NCBI GenBank assembly: GCA_035559535.1
Contig: DATMBG010000058.1
Coordinates: 248,001-312,000, forward strand
Direction: 5' to 3'
Source of the DNA: Candidatus Limnocylindrales bacterium
Lineage (GTDB): Bacteria; Moduliflexota; Moduliflexia; Moduliflexales; JAUQPW01
Length of the DNA stretch: 64,000 nt
The stretch's first letter is position 1; every line of letters starts with the position of its first letter. The position numbers were made by a program, and so were the translations under genes. This document shows positions 48,413 to 58,359 of the stretch, piece by piece. A model generated the notes under the pieces. The model did not search any database, was not told the origin of the DNA, and worked only from the letters and a program-made list of their open reading frames with translations.

Positions 48413-49448
48413 AGGGTATTACAACCACTTTAATTCCTTTACTTTCTACAACGGTTTTAAGGGCCTTATCGATTTCTTCCAGGGGGAATCGATGGGTAAT
48501 GAGCTTATCGAGTTTAATCTGTCCGGAGATGACCAGTTTCATAGCCTCGTTAAAATGCCAGGGGGCTGCAGAAGCGGTACCTGTTACATTAAGTTCATTG
48601 TAGTGAATCAAATTGGCCTCGATGGTCGATTCTCCTTTACCACTAAATCCGGCAAAGAGATTGATATTTCCCTGCTTGCGGGTTATTTTAAAGGCCTCAT
48701 TAATCAAGGAGGGGACACCAATGGCCAAGAGAGTCACATCTGCCCCAATACCCTGGGTCTCTTGCATGACCACTTCTTGGAGACTGGTCGTTTTAGGATT
48801 TACACAAATATCGGCTCCCAGTTCCTTGGCAAGAGCTAAACGTTCTTCGACAGGCTCACTGACTATCACTCTGGTTGCACCCGCTTGTTTAGCGAGTTGG
48901 AGGTGCATCAATCCAATAGGACCCGCCCCCATGATGACGACTGTATCTCCCAACTTGATCTGAGAACGGCGATTTCCATTATAACAGCAGGCCAGCGGTT
49001 CAATCAACGCAGAGACTTCGAAGGGAATATCTTCCGGTACTTTAAATATATTACCCTGACGGATGGCTATGCCTGGGATTCGCAAGTACTCCTGGAGCCC
49101 CCCATCATATTCATAACCGATGGCCGTTCGATTCATACAGATATTATCCATGCCTCTTTGGCAGGCATAACAGACCCCACAAGGAATTACAGGACAGATG
49201 CTGACATGATCGCCTTCTTTAAAATCTCGAACCTGACTTCCCAGGGCTTCCACAATTCCAGAAATCTCATGGCCGATTACCGAAGGATAGTGAACCCCTT
49301 TGGTTTTGGTACCGTAGTAGATCCGGGTATCGGTTCCACAGATCCCACAAGCTTTAACCCGTACCAACATTTCATCAGAGTTAATAGAGGGGATTTCTAT
49401 TTCTTCTACCTTTATGTCATTGGGTTTGTGGAGTACCGCAGCTTTCAT
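48411..49448 (-). CDS. Zinc-dependent polyol (iditol/sorbitol-type) dehydrogenase
   Basis: CGICGTD, GHE, CGVCYACQRGMDNIC, EPLAC, GAGPIG, IHYNE. Start 49448 (MKAAVLHK) preferred. Confidence 0.9.
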   Translation of the reverse strand: MKAAVLHKPNDIKVEEIEIPSINSDEMLVRVKACGICGTDTRIYYGTKTKGVHYPSVIGHEISGIVEALGSQVRDFKEGDHVSICPVIPCGVCYACQRGMDNICMNRTAIGYEYDGGLQEYLRIPGIAIRQGNIFKVPEDIPFEVSALIEPLACCYNGNRRSQIKLGDTVVIMGAGPIGLMHLQLAKQAGATRVIVSEPVEERLALAKELGADICVNPKTTSLQEVVMQETQGIGADVTLLAIGVPSLINEAFKITRKQGNINLFAGFSGKGESTIEANLIHYNELNVTGTASAAPWHFNEAMKLVISGQIKLDKLITHRFPLEEIDKALKTVVESKGIKVVVIP

Positions 49449-49647
49449 ATAAGAATGATGTCTCGCAAAGCTCACAAAGCCGCCAAGTTTTTGATTTTTC
49501 GCAATGTGGCCGACGTATTTTATCTAAACGGAAGCTATCTACTATAGGGATCTTCAACTCGAACTGACGATTTCTGCGGTATTGCGATTTTCTTTGCACC
49601 TTTGCGCCTCTGCGAAGGATCCCACAGGTCGAATATCAAAATAAATA

Positions 49648-49745
49648 TGGCGGGAATGTGTGGGAATCGAACCCACCGCGGACTTGATTAGAGCCCGCCA
49701 CTGGATTTGAAGTCCAGGAGGCCCACCAGGGACCTAGCCATTCCC
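49648..49745 (-). tRNA. selC: tRNA-Sec (anticodon UCA)
   Basis: Minus strand GGGAATGG-CT-AGGTCCC-TGGT-GGGCCT-C-CTGGA-CTTCAAA-TCCAG, long variable arm, GTGGG-TTCGATT-CCCAC, ACATTCCC-G-CCA: 98 nt, long D-stem, UCA anticodon, encoded CCA. Confidence 0.95.
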
Positions 49746-50075
49746 GCAGAGTTAATCATTTTACTACAATATAGACTTTGATCTTTATAGCTTGTCAATA
49801 GGTTTTTATTCTTCCCATGACCCGGGGTAAAAGCCTGGGAGCCAGATAAGAAGGGTAGCTCCAGTGGGGCGATCTGTTTACCAGAACGCTGCTACGGAGC
49901 TTAAAAAATTCTGGATTTCTGAAACCCTCGACGGAAGTTGAAGGTTACAGGTCGTTGGCTCCTGATTGGACTTTTACCCTTATCCTGGCGTGTATGGGGA
50001 AGGGGAGTAGGGTGGCGAGCCGCCCGCGTTCCCAGGCAATGGGGTCAAGCTTTTCTACCTTTTCCCGGCTTTCCA

Positions 50076-51350
50076 TTAACACATACATCCACTGGCGGTA
50101 GCAAAACGGGTTACGGTCATGGCTACCTGGGCCGGGGTAACCTTTGCAGGGACACCCAGAGGTTCTTCTATATTCAGTTGTACAGATCGACCTTCCTTAA
50201 ACACATAGGTAGGACGTCGTAACACATCCAGGTTGCTGAGGGGATCTCCATCTACGACGATCATATCGGCCATTTTACCGATTTCGATGGTTCCTGTAAC
50301 TTCATCCAATCGCAGGGCTTCAGCGCTGGTCTTGGTGGCTGCTATAATCGCTTCCATGGGAGTCAGTCCGGCCTGCTGCATTTGCTCGAGTTCCGTGACC
50401 GTTTCACCCGGTATATTGAAGGGGGTTCCGGCATCTGTCCCGCAAATGATTTTTACTCCCATCCTTTTTGCCATCTTAAAGCTCTCTATATGGTCCCGAT
50501 ACATGCTTTTGATTTTCTCTACCACATAGGGGGCCATCTTCCCGCCCTCTGCATGTTTTAGAATGAAATAAGGTGCTGCCAGTGTGGCATCCAGATAGAC
50601 TCCGCGGTCTACCATCATTTGACAGGCCTCTTCATCCAACCAAACCCCGTGTTCAATTGTACGAACTCCGGCTCGGATGGCATTCTTAATTCCTTGGGTA
50701 GACTGAGCGTGGCTGGCGGTCAGTTTCCCGGCTTTAATGGCTTCTTCAAATCCTGCTGCCAACTCTTCAACTGTAAGGGAGGGGGAACGTGGATTGACGT
50801 TTGGGGTCAACACCCCTCCCGAAGCCATCATCTTGATATTATCTGCACCCATTTTAAGGTTAAGTCGGGCATATTTACGGGCTTCATCGGGTCCATCGAT
50901 TTCTTGTCCGATGAACCAGCCATGTCCACCGGTCATGGTCAGGAGTTTACCCGAGGAAAGCATCCGCGGACCCGGAATGATCCCTTCGTTGATGGCTTGC
51001 TTAATGGCGGCGTCTGCAAAATCCATAGCCCCAACATCCCGAATCGTGGTGATCCCCCGACGTAACATCCTCCAGGCATTCACAGCCCCTAAAATAGTCA
51101 TATAAAACACCGACTTCGTCTGATAGGCTGCAAAGGGATCGGGTCCTGCATCGCTCATAAGATGTACGTGACAATCAAATAAACCCGGCAAGACGGTCTG
51201 TCCGTTCAAATCAAGTGCATCCCGGGCCGACATTTTGGCTTCATTGCCGGTCCAAAGTTGCTCGATTCGACCCTGGTCATTGATGGTTAAGGCAGCATGC
51301 TCATAAAACCGCCCGGTTCCATCGATTAGACGAAAATTTACCAGTTTCAT
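50076..51350 (-). CDS. Metal-dependent amidohydrolase (Xaa-Pro dipeptidase-like subfamily)
   Basis: PGLFDCHVH, GITTIRDVG, TGGHG, IKMMASGG, SHAQ, IEHG, GTDAG, GKMADMIVVDGDP. Confidence 0.9.
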   Translation of the reverse strand: MKLVNFRLIDGTGRFYEHAALTINDQGRIEQLWTGNEAKMSARDALDLNGQTVLPGLFDCHVHLMSDAGPDPFAAYQTKSVFYMTILGAVNAWRMLRRGITTIRDVGAMDFADAAIKQAINEGIIPGPRMLSSGKLLTMTGGHGWFIGQEIDGPDEARKYARLNLKMGADNIKMMASGGVLTPNVNPRSPSLTVEELAAGFEEAIKAGKLTASHAQSTQGIKNAIRAGVRTIEHGVWLDEEACQMMVDRGVYLDATLAAPYFILKHAEGGKMAPYVVEKIKSMYRDHIESFKMAKRMGVKIICGTDAGTPFNIPGETVTELEQMQQAGLTPMEAIIAATKTSAEALRLDEVTGTIEIGKMADMIVVDGDPLSNLDVLRRPTYVFKEGRSVQLNIEEPLGVPAKVTPAQVAMTVTRFATASGCMC

Positions 51351-51486
51351 TTTTACCTCCCTGTGAGAAACTCAAACCGGTTTATTCAAAAGAACTCTCT
51401 TCTGGCTACCCGTTCATCAAACTACATACCGATTCCTCTTATCTGTCAAGGTTAAAATTTCGAGGGAATAAGGTAGTGATTTACTC

Positions 51487-51515
51487 TTGACAGAACGGTT
51501 TTTTTAACCTACAGT
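51487..51515 (+). promoter_or_regulatory. Sigma70-type promoter for site-2 protease-trpS
   Basis: TTGACA-N17-TACAGT. Confidence 0.6.
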
Positions 51516-51629
51516 CAAAGTAATTACGAAAGAATTTCGCCTCACACCTTTATCGCTTAATACAAAAGGAATCTGGCAGGTTCTCTACAGTAAATAAATT
51601 AAAAAACTTTACAAATAGAAGGAGATTTT

Positions 51630-52265
51630 GTGCTAACTTTAAATATTTCTGATTGGATTATCCAGGGTGTAGCCTTTTTAATGGCTCTTACCTTTCATGA
51701 GTGCGCCCACGCCTGGGCAGCTAAAAAATTAGGGGACTCTACGGCTGAAGCAGAAGGGAGATTAACCTTGAACCCGATTCCTCATATTGATCCGGTGGGA
51801 ACCGTTATTCTTCCTTTGCTGGCCATTATAACCCATTCACCTTTTTTTATCGGGTGGGCCAGACCGGTTCCCATTAATGCCCGTAATTTTCGGAATCCAA
51901 GGAGAGGCCTGGTATGGTCGGCGGCAGCAGGCCCCGGAATGAATCTGGCCCTGGCTATTCTCAGTGTACTGGGGCTTAAACTTTTCCTCTTTTTAGGACT
52001 TTATACCCAGGCCATTGGAACGCTTTTCGTTTCAATTATGCTCGTAAATGTGGGACTGGCCGTCTTTAATATGTTACCTATTCCACCCCTGGATGGGGGT
52101 ACGGTTCTTACGGGCCTTTTACCCAGGAAGCAGGCCTATGCTTTGAGTTCCCTGGAACCTTATGGATTTTTTATTATCTTAGGTCTTAGTTATTTTGGAC
52201 TCTTGAGGTTTGTTTTGTATTATCCAACAACGATCATTTTACGTTTTCTGGATAGTTTAATTTAA
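51630..52265 (+). CDS. Site-2 protease family (M50) membrane metalloprotease
   Basis: HECAH, GRLTLNP..HIDP, AAGPGMN, FNMLPIPPLDG; AAGGAG SD with GTG start. Confidence 0.93.
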   Translation: MLTLNISDWIIQGVAFLMALTFHECAHAWAAKKLGDSTAEAEGRLTLNPIPHIDPVGTVILPLLAIITHSPFFIGWARPVPINARNFRNPRRGLVWSAAAGPGMNLALAILSVLGLKLFLFLGLYTQAIGTLFVSIMLVNVGLAVFNMLPIPPLDGGTVLTGLLPRKQAYALSSLEPYGFFIILGLSYFGLLRFVLYYPTTIILRFLDSLI

Positions 52266-52305
52266 ACGAACTGATCTCAAAGCTGCTGGGGAGGAGAACG
52301 GATCT

Positions 52306-53295
52306 ATGTCAAAGGGTAGAATTTTAAGTGGGATGCGACCGACCGGGAAATTGCATCTGGGAAATTTATTGGGAGCGCTGGAAAACTGGAAAGCCCTTCA
52401 GAGTGAAGGGTATGAATGTTTTTACTTTGTGGCGGATTGGCATGCACTGACCACAGACTATATGGATACCCGCCATATCCGATCTAATATTGTGGATATG
52501 GTTACGGATTGGTTGGCTTCTGGATTAGATCCTGAAAAGAGTGTTTTGTTCATTCAATCGCTGGTACCGGAGCATACCGAACTTCATTTGATGTTGTCTA
52601 TGATTACCCCGGTCTCCTGGTTAGAGCGGAATCCAACCTATAAGGAACAAATGCAAGAGCTCTCTAACAAGGATATCTCCACATACGGTTTTCTGGGATA
52701 TCCGGTCCTCCAGGCAGCAGACATTCTCATTTATAAGGCTAATTATGTCCCCGTAGGTATTGATCAGGCACCCCATGTGGAACTGACTCGGGAAATTGCC
52801 CGTCGATTTAATTATTTCTATGGGGAAGTCTTTCCCATCCCGGACCTTAAACTGACGGATTTTCCCAAAGTGTTGGGGACCGATGGTCGAAAAATGAGTA
52901 AGAGCTATCAGAACGCTATTTACCTGGCAGATTCTCCGGAAGAGGTACGTAAAAAAGTCAGTATTATGGTTACAGATCCCCAACGGGTTAGAAGAACCGA
53001 CCCTGGAAATCCAGAAGTCTGTCCGGTATTTTCTTTGCATAAGATATTTACATCTGTGGAAACCCAGAAAATCCTTGATAGGGATTGTCGAACGGCTCAA
53101 ATTGGGTGCGTGGATTGTAAAAAAATCCTGGCAGGAAATTTAATAACGACCCTTTCTCCGGTATACGAAAAACGTCAAACCCTTTCACAAAAACCTGATG
53201 TGGTTATGGATATTTTAACCAAAGGATCTGAAAAAGCACGTCAGATGGCGAGAAAAACCTTGGAGGAAGCCAAAGCTGCCATGAAGATGTTATAG
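52306..53295 (+). CDS. trpS: Tryptophan--tRNA ligase
   Basis: SGMRPTGKLHLGN, YPVLQAADIL, VPVGIDQ, KMSKS. Confidence 0.98.
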   Translation: MSKGRILSGMRPTGKLHLGNLLGALENWKALQSEGYECFYFVADWHALTTDYMDTRHIRSNIVDMVTDWLASGLDPEKSVLFIQSLVPEHTELHLMLSMITPVSWLERNPTYKEQMQELSNKDISTYGFLGYPVLQAADILIYKANYVPVGIDQAPHVELTREIARRFNYFYGEVFPIPDLKLTDFPKVLGTDGRKMSKSYQNAIYLADSPEEVRKKVSIMVTDPQRVRRTDPGNPEVCPVFSLHKIFTSVETQKILDRDCRTAQIGCVDCKKILAGNLITTLSPVYEKRQTLSQKPDVVMDILTKGSEKARQMARKTLEEAKAAMKML

Positions 53296-53467
53296 AGGAG
53301 TTGAGGGTTAAGGCGTAAATATGTATTTATAAGATGAGGGGATAAAGATTTATTTAGTAGTATGATAACATTTAGCTACCTTATTCGTCTATCTTTATAA
53401 ATATAAATAGGTAGCTAGGTGTTCCCTGGTCTTTTTTTAACTTACTTTTTTAAGAGGTGATTTTATC

Positions 53468-55528
53468 ATGGTGGATAGCATAATATCCCTAATCAGAGAG
53501 AAACAGGATCTGCGTCGGTTTAAGGAGCAGAATTGGGAGGGAAGTTATGCAGAGTATTTAGAGATTGTGCGGCGAAATCCAAAAGTGGCCAGATCTGCGT
53601 TCCAGAGGATTTACGACATGATCCTTTCTTATGGGGTTGAGGAGTACACGGAACATAAAGAGAAGCTGATACGATATAAATTCTTCAGTGATCCTCAGTT
53701 TGCTGGAGAAGACGCCATTTATGGCCTCGATCGCACCCTCATGAAGTTAGTCAACGTCTTTAAATCCGCTTCTCGGAGATATGGTACAGAAAAACGGGTT
53801 ATTCTCCTTCATGGTCCTGTGGGAAGTTCAAAAAGCACCATTGCCCGTCTTTTAAAACGGGGTCTGGAGGAGTACTCTAAGACCGATGAGGGTGCTTTGT
53901 ATTCTTTTGGTTGGAAGCAGACGGAGAAAACCGGGTTAGAGACCTCGGATGGTAAGCCTTCTGTTGTTAAATGTCCCATGCATGAGGAGCCGCTCCATTT
54001 AATACCCCCGAACTTCCGATCCATTGTCTTGGAGGAGATTAATCGAACCCTTCCGGAAGAGGAGAAGATCGTCATAGAGGGTAATTTATGTCCTTTTTGT
54101 AGATATATGTATAAGGAGTCCTTGAAGAAATACGGTGGAGACTGGACGCGGGTCATGGAGGATGTGGTGGTTTATCGTCTTATCCTTTCAGAGGAGGATC
54201 GCATTGGAATCGGGACTTTCCAGCCCAAGGATGAAAAAAATCAAGACTCTACAGAACTCACCGGGGATATTAACTATCGTAAAATCGCCGAGTATGGTTC
54301 TGATTCAGACCCTCGGGCCTTTAATTTTGATGGGGAATTTAACATTGCCAACCGGGGAATCGTTGAGTTCATTGAAGTCCTTAAATTGGATGTGGCTTTT
54401 CTATACGATCTGCTAGGAGCTTCTCAAGAACATAAAATTAAACCGAAAAAGTTTGCCCAAACGGATATCGATGAGGTAATCATCGGTCACACCAACGAAC
54501 CGGAGTATAAAAAACTTCAAAATAACGAATTTATGGAGGCCTTGAGGGATCGGACGGTTAAAATCGACGTTCCTTATATTACCAAGTTGAGTGATGAGAT
54601 TAAAATCTATGAGAAATATTACAATCCCTCAAAGATTAAAGGGAAACATATTGCCCCTCATACCATCGAGATGGCCGCTATGTGGGCAGTACTGACCAGA
54701 TTGGAAGAGCCTAAAAAAGCCCAGTTGAGCCTCATGCAAAAACTGAAGCTTTACAATGGAAAAACTCTTCCCGGCTTTACTGAAGATAACATTAAAGAGC
54801 TGCAAAAAGAAGCTCCCCGGGAAGGTATGGAGGGGATCTCTCCCCGGTACATTCAGGATAAAATTTCCAATGCGCTGGTCAGCGATGAAGGAGCCGGTTG
54901 TGTGAATCCCTTTATGGTCATGAACGAACTGGAAAATGGACTGGAACATCATGCACTCATTACGAGCCCGGAACTCCGGAAACGATATAAAGAACTGCTG
55001 GCTCTGGTAAGAGAGGAGTATGAAGACATCACGAAAAATGAAGTCCAGCGGGCCATCTCAGCCGACGAAGAAGCACTCACCAGACTTTGTGCCAACTATA
55101 TCGATAACATCAAGGCGTATACCCAACGGGAAAAGGTTAAGAATAAATATACCGGTCAGTACGAGCCTCCCGATGAACGGCTCATGCGCTCCATTGAGGA
55201 GAAGATTGATATTCCGGAAAGCCGTAAGGATGATTTCCGGCGGGAGATCATGAATTATATTGGAGCTCTGGCTGTGGATGGAAAAAAATTTGATTATAAA
55301 ACCAATGAGCGCCTGCAAAAAGCTCTGGAACTTAAGCTCTTTGAAGATCAAAAGGATTCCATCAAACTGACCAGCCTGGTCTCCAGTGTCGTCGATAAGG
55401 AAACCCAAGAAAAAATCGATGTGGTTAAAAATCGACTGATCAAAAATTACGGCTACTGTGAGATCTGTGCTACCGATGTTCTGAACTACGTGGCCAGTAT
55501 TTTTGCCCGGGGCGATACCAAGCGATGA
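53468..55528 (+). CDS. prkA: PrkA/YeaG AAA+ serine protein kinase
   Basis: [65 protein letters not shown]. Confidence 0.95.
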   Translation: MVDSIISLIREKQDLRRFKEQNWEGSYAEYLEIVRRNPKVARSAFQRIYDMILSYGVEEYTEHKEKLIRYKFFSDPQFAGEDAIYGLDRTLMKLVNVFKSASRRYGTEKRVILLHGPVGSSKSTIARLLKRGLEEYSKTDEGALYSFGWKQTEKTGLETSDGKPSVVKCPMHEEPLHLIPPNFRSIVLEEINRTLPEEEKIVIEGNLCPFCRYMYKESLKKYGGDWTRVMEDVVVYRLILSEEDRIGIGTFQPKDEKNQDSTELTGDINYRKIAEYGSDSDPRAFNFDGEFNIANRGIVEFIEVLKLDVAFLYDLLGASQEHKIKPKKFAQTDIDEVIIGHTNEPEYKKLQNNEFMEALRDRTVKIDVPYITKLSDEIKIYEKYYNPSKIKGKHIAPHTIEMAAMWAVLTRLEEPKKAQLSLMQKLKLYNGKTLPGFTEDNIKELQKEAPREGMEGISPRYIQDKISNALVSDEGAGCVNPFMVMNELENGLEHHALITSPELRKRYKELLALVREEYEDITKNEVQRAISADEEALTRLCANYIDNIKAYTQREKVKNKYTGQYEPPDERLMRSIEEKIDIPESRKDDFRREIMNYIGALAVDGKKFDYKTNERLQKALELKLFEDQKDSIKLTSLVSSVVDKETQEKIDVVKNRLIKNYGYCEICATDVLNYVASIFARGDTKR

Positions 55529-55649
55529 GATAAACCCAGAGGATCCAAAGTGCTTTATGTTTTAAGGGTTCTGAAGGGTCCAGTCCTTAGGCCCTTCAGG
55601 CCCTTAAAAACTTTAGGCCCTTAAAAGATCCTTCAGTCTGTTTTAAGTT

Positions 55650-56750
55650 ATGTCTAGCAAAATTGAAAGAGACCACGCACGATTTAATCAGATTATTCGA
55701 GGTAAGATCAAGAAGGAACTACGCCGATATATGACGCGTGGAGAACTGATCGGGAAGAAGGGAAAAGATCTGGTTAGTATTCCGATTCCTCAAGTGGAGA
55801 TTCCCCATTTTGAATTTGAAACCCGAAAACTCGGGGGGGTAGGTCAAGGAGAGGGTGAGCCTGGAACCCCTATTGGTCGAGGAGATGCCGAACCCGGGCA
55901 AGGTGCCGGAGAAACTCCCGGGGATCACATTCTGGAAGTTGATCTTTCCCTGGAGGAATTGGCTAAAATCTTGGGTGAAGAGCTGGAACTGCCCCGGATA
56001 GAGCCCCGAGGTAAGAAGAACATTGTTAACGAAAAAGAAAGATATACCGGCATCCGTCAGGTTGGACCTGAAAGTCTTCGTCACTTCAAAAGAACCTATA
56101 AGGCGGCTCTCAGACGTCAACTGGCCACAGGAACGTATGATCCCAATCACCCCCTTGTGATTCCCATTCAAGAAGATAAACGCTACCGTTCCTGGAAATT
56201 GACCAAGGAACCAGAAAGCAATGCCATTATTTTTTATATTATGGATGTATCGGGTTCTATGGGTGATGAACAGAAGGAAATTGTTCGTATAGAATCCTTC
56301 TGGATCGATACCTGGTTACGTTCTCAGTATAAAGGGATTGAATCCCGTTACATTATCCATGATGCGGTAGCCAGAGAAGTCGATAGCCACACCTTTTATC
56401 ATACCCGGGAAAGTGGAGGAACCATCATCTCCTCTGCCTATGAGTTATGTAACCGACTCATCGAGGCACATTATAATCCCTCCGAATGGAATATATATAT
56501 TTTCCATTTTTCCGATGGGGATAACTGGTATGGGGATACCGATAAGTGTCTTTCGATTCTTGAAAATCACCTGCTCCCCAAAGTTAATCTCTTCTGTTAC
56601 GGACAGGTCCGAAGTTTTTATGGAAGCGGTCAATTTAAAGGTGAGATCGATGAGTACTTTGGAGATACGGAGAATGTAGTAACTTCGGAAATTAACAGTA
56701 AGGAAGGGATTTACGATTCCATTAAGGAATTTCTCGGAAAAGGGAAATAG
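55650..56750 (+). CDS. yeaH: YeaH/YhbH (DUF444) vWA-like protein
   Basis: GVGQGEG, MDVSGSM, ESGGT, FSDGDNW; lies between prkA and spoVR. Confidence 0.92.
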   Translation: MSSKIERDHARFNQIIRGKIKKELRRYMTRGELIGKKGKDLVSIPIPQVEIPHFEFETRKLGGVGQGEGEPGTPIGRGDAEPGQGAGETPGDHILEVDLSLEELAKILGEELELPRIEPRGKKNIVNEKERYTGIRQVGPESLRHFKRTYKAALRRQLATGTYDPNHPLVIPIQEDKRYRSWKLTKEPESNAIIFYIMDVSGSMGDEQKEIVRIESFWIDTWLRSQYKGIESRYIIHDAVAREVDSHTFYHTRESGGTIISSAYELCNRLIEAHYNPSEWNIYIFHFSDGDNWYGDTDKCLSILENHLLPKVNLFCYGQVRSFYGSGQFKGEIDEYFGDTENVVTSEINSKEGIYDSIKEFLGKGK

Positions 56751-56842
56751 AAGCGACACAGAGACACGGTGACAGGGGGAGGCGGCCTTTTTCCCCTCAT
56801 CGTTGTATCTCCGTGTTGCTCTCTCTTAGCAGTACCGGTTTT

Positions 56843-58327
56843 ATGAGTCTTACCCCTGAGTTAGAAGCTATCCGTAAAGAGGTCGAGGGCTACGCCCGGG
56901 AGTACGGTTTGGATTTCTTTGAGGTAATCTTTGAGATCCTGGATTTTGACAAGCTCAATGAAGTAGCCAGTTATATGGGCTTTCCAACCCGATATCCCCA
57001 CTGGCGGTTCGGTATGGAGTATGAACAACTCCAGAAAAGCTATACCTATGGCCTTCAGAAGATCTACGAAATGGTCATTAACAATGATCCTTCCTATGCC
57101 TATTTGCTCAAGTGCAATAACGATGTGGATCAAAAACTGGTTATGGCCCACGTATACGGTCATGTAGACTTTTTTAAAAATAATATCTGGTTTTCACAAA
57201 CCAATCGAAAAATGATGGATGGCATGGCCAATCATGGAGCCCGAATTCGTCGCTATATTGATAAGTATGGGGAGGAAAAAGTCGAGCGTTTCCTGGATTG
57301 CTGCCTGTCTCTGGAGAATTTGATAGATCCCCATTCCCCCTTTATTAAACGCCAGGATGAAAAGCCCCGGTTTAATTTTCAAGAAGAAGAAGAGGAGAAG
57401 ACCGTCAAAAAACTCAAAGTTGAAAGACCTTACATGGATAGCTACATCAATCCGTCAGATTTTTTGGAAAGTCAGAAAAAGAAGTTAGAACAGGAAGCCG
57501 AAAAAAAACAAAAATTCCCGGAGAATCCCGAGCGGGATGTTCTCTTGTTCCTCATTAACCATGCCCCTCTGGAAAACTGGCAACTTGACATTTTGTCCAT
57601 TATTCGAGATGAAGCCTATTATTTCGCTCCCCAAGCCCAGACAAAGATAATGAACGAAGGATGGGCCTCCTACTGGCATTCTAAAATTATGACCCAGAAA
57701 TGCCTGAAGGATTCTGAAGTGATTGATTATGCCGATCATCACTCTGGAACCCTCAGTACCCGACCTGGGCGGATTAATCCTTATAAGCTCGGTATAGAAT
57801 TGTTTCGGGATATCGAAGATCGGTGGAATAAGGGAAAATTCGGTAAGGAATATGAGGAATGTGATGATCTGGAGAAAAAGAAAAATTGGGATAAAAAGTT
57901 GGGTCTGGGGCTGCAAAAAATCTTCGAGGTTCGGAAAATTTATAACGATGTGATGTTTATCGATGCCTTTTTAACGGAGGAGTTTTGCCGGGAACAGAAA
58001 CTTTTTACTTATAGATATAATGAACAGACCCAGATGTATGAAATTGCCGATCGAGATTTCAAAAAAATAAAGGCTTCCTTACTCTTCAGTCTGACCAATT
58101 TCGGTCAGCCTTTTATTTATATTACCGATGCCAATTATGGGAATCGAGGTGAACTTTACCTCCAACATCGCTACGAAGGGGTTGAACTTCGGATTGACTA
58201 TGCCAAGGATACCCTTCAAAACCTTTATACCCTGTGGAAACGCCCCGTTCATCTGGAGACTGTGGTCAATGACAAAGGAATTCTCTTTACGTTTGATGGG
58301 AAAAGTCATGAGGAGAGACGAATTTAA
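56843..58327 (+). CDS. spoVR: SpoVR/YcgB family protein
   Basis: GFPTRYPHWRFG, IYEMVINNDP, AHVYGHVDFFKNN, TKIMNEGWASYWH, NPYKLG. Confidence 0.95.
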   Translation: MSLTPELEAIRKEVEGYAREYGLDFFEVIFEILDFDKLNEVASYMGFPTRYPHWRFGMEYEQLQKSYTYGLQKIYEMVINNDPSYAYLLKCNNDVDQKLVMAHVYGHVDFFKNNIWFSQTNRKMMDGMANHGARIRRYIDKYGEEKVERFLDCCLSLENLIDPHSPFIKRQDEKPRFNFQEEEEEKTVKKLKVERPYMDSYINPSDFLESQKKKLEQEAEKKQKFPENPERDVLLFLINHAPLENWQLDILSIIRDEAYYFAPQAQTKIMNEGWASYWHSKIMTQKCLKDSEVIDYADHHSGTLSTRPGRINPYKLGIELFRDIEDRWNKGKFGKEYEECDDLEKKKNWDKKLGLGLQKIFEVRKIYNDVMFIDAFLTEEFCREQKLFTYRYNEQTQMYEIADRDFKKIKASLLFSLTNFGQPFIYITDANYGNRGELYLQHRYEGVELRIDYAKDTLQNLYTLWKRPVHLETVVNDKGILFTFDGKSHEERRI

Positions 58328-58359
58328 TTAACGGGGAATCAATGAATGGGGAGTGGGGA

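Noticed and set aside
49450-49650. Genomic island integrated at selC
   Set aside because: No integrase, and no repeat of the tRNA 3' end spotted in the window.
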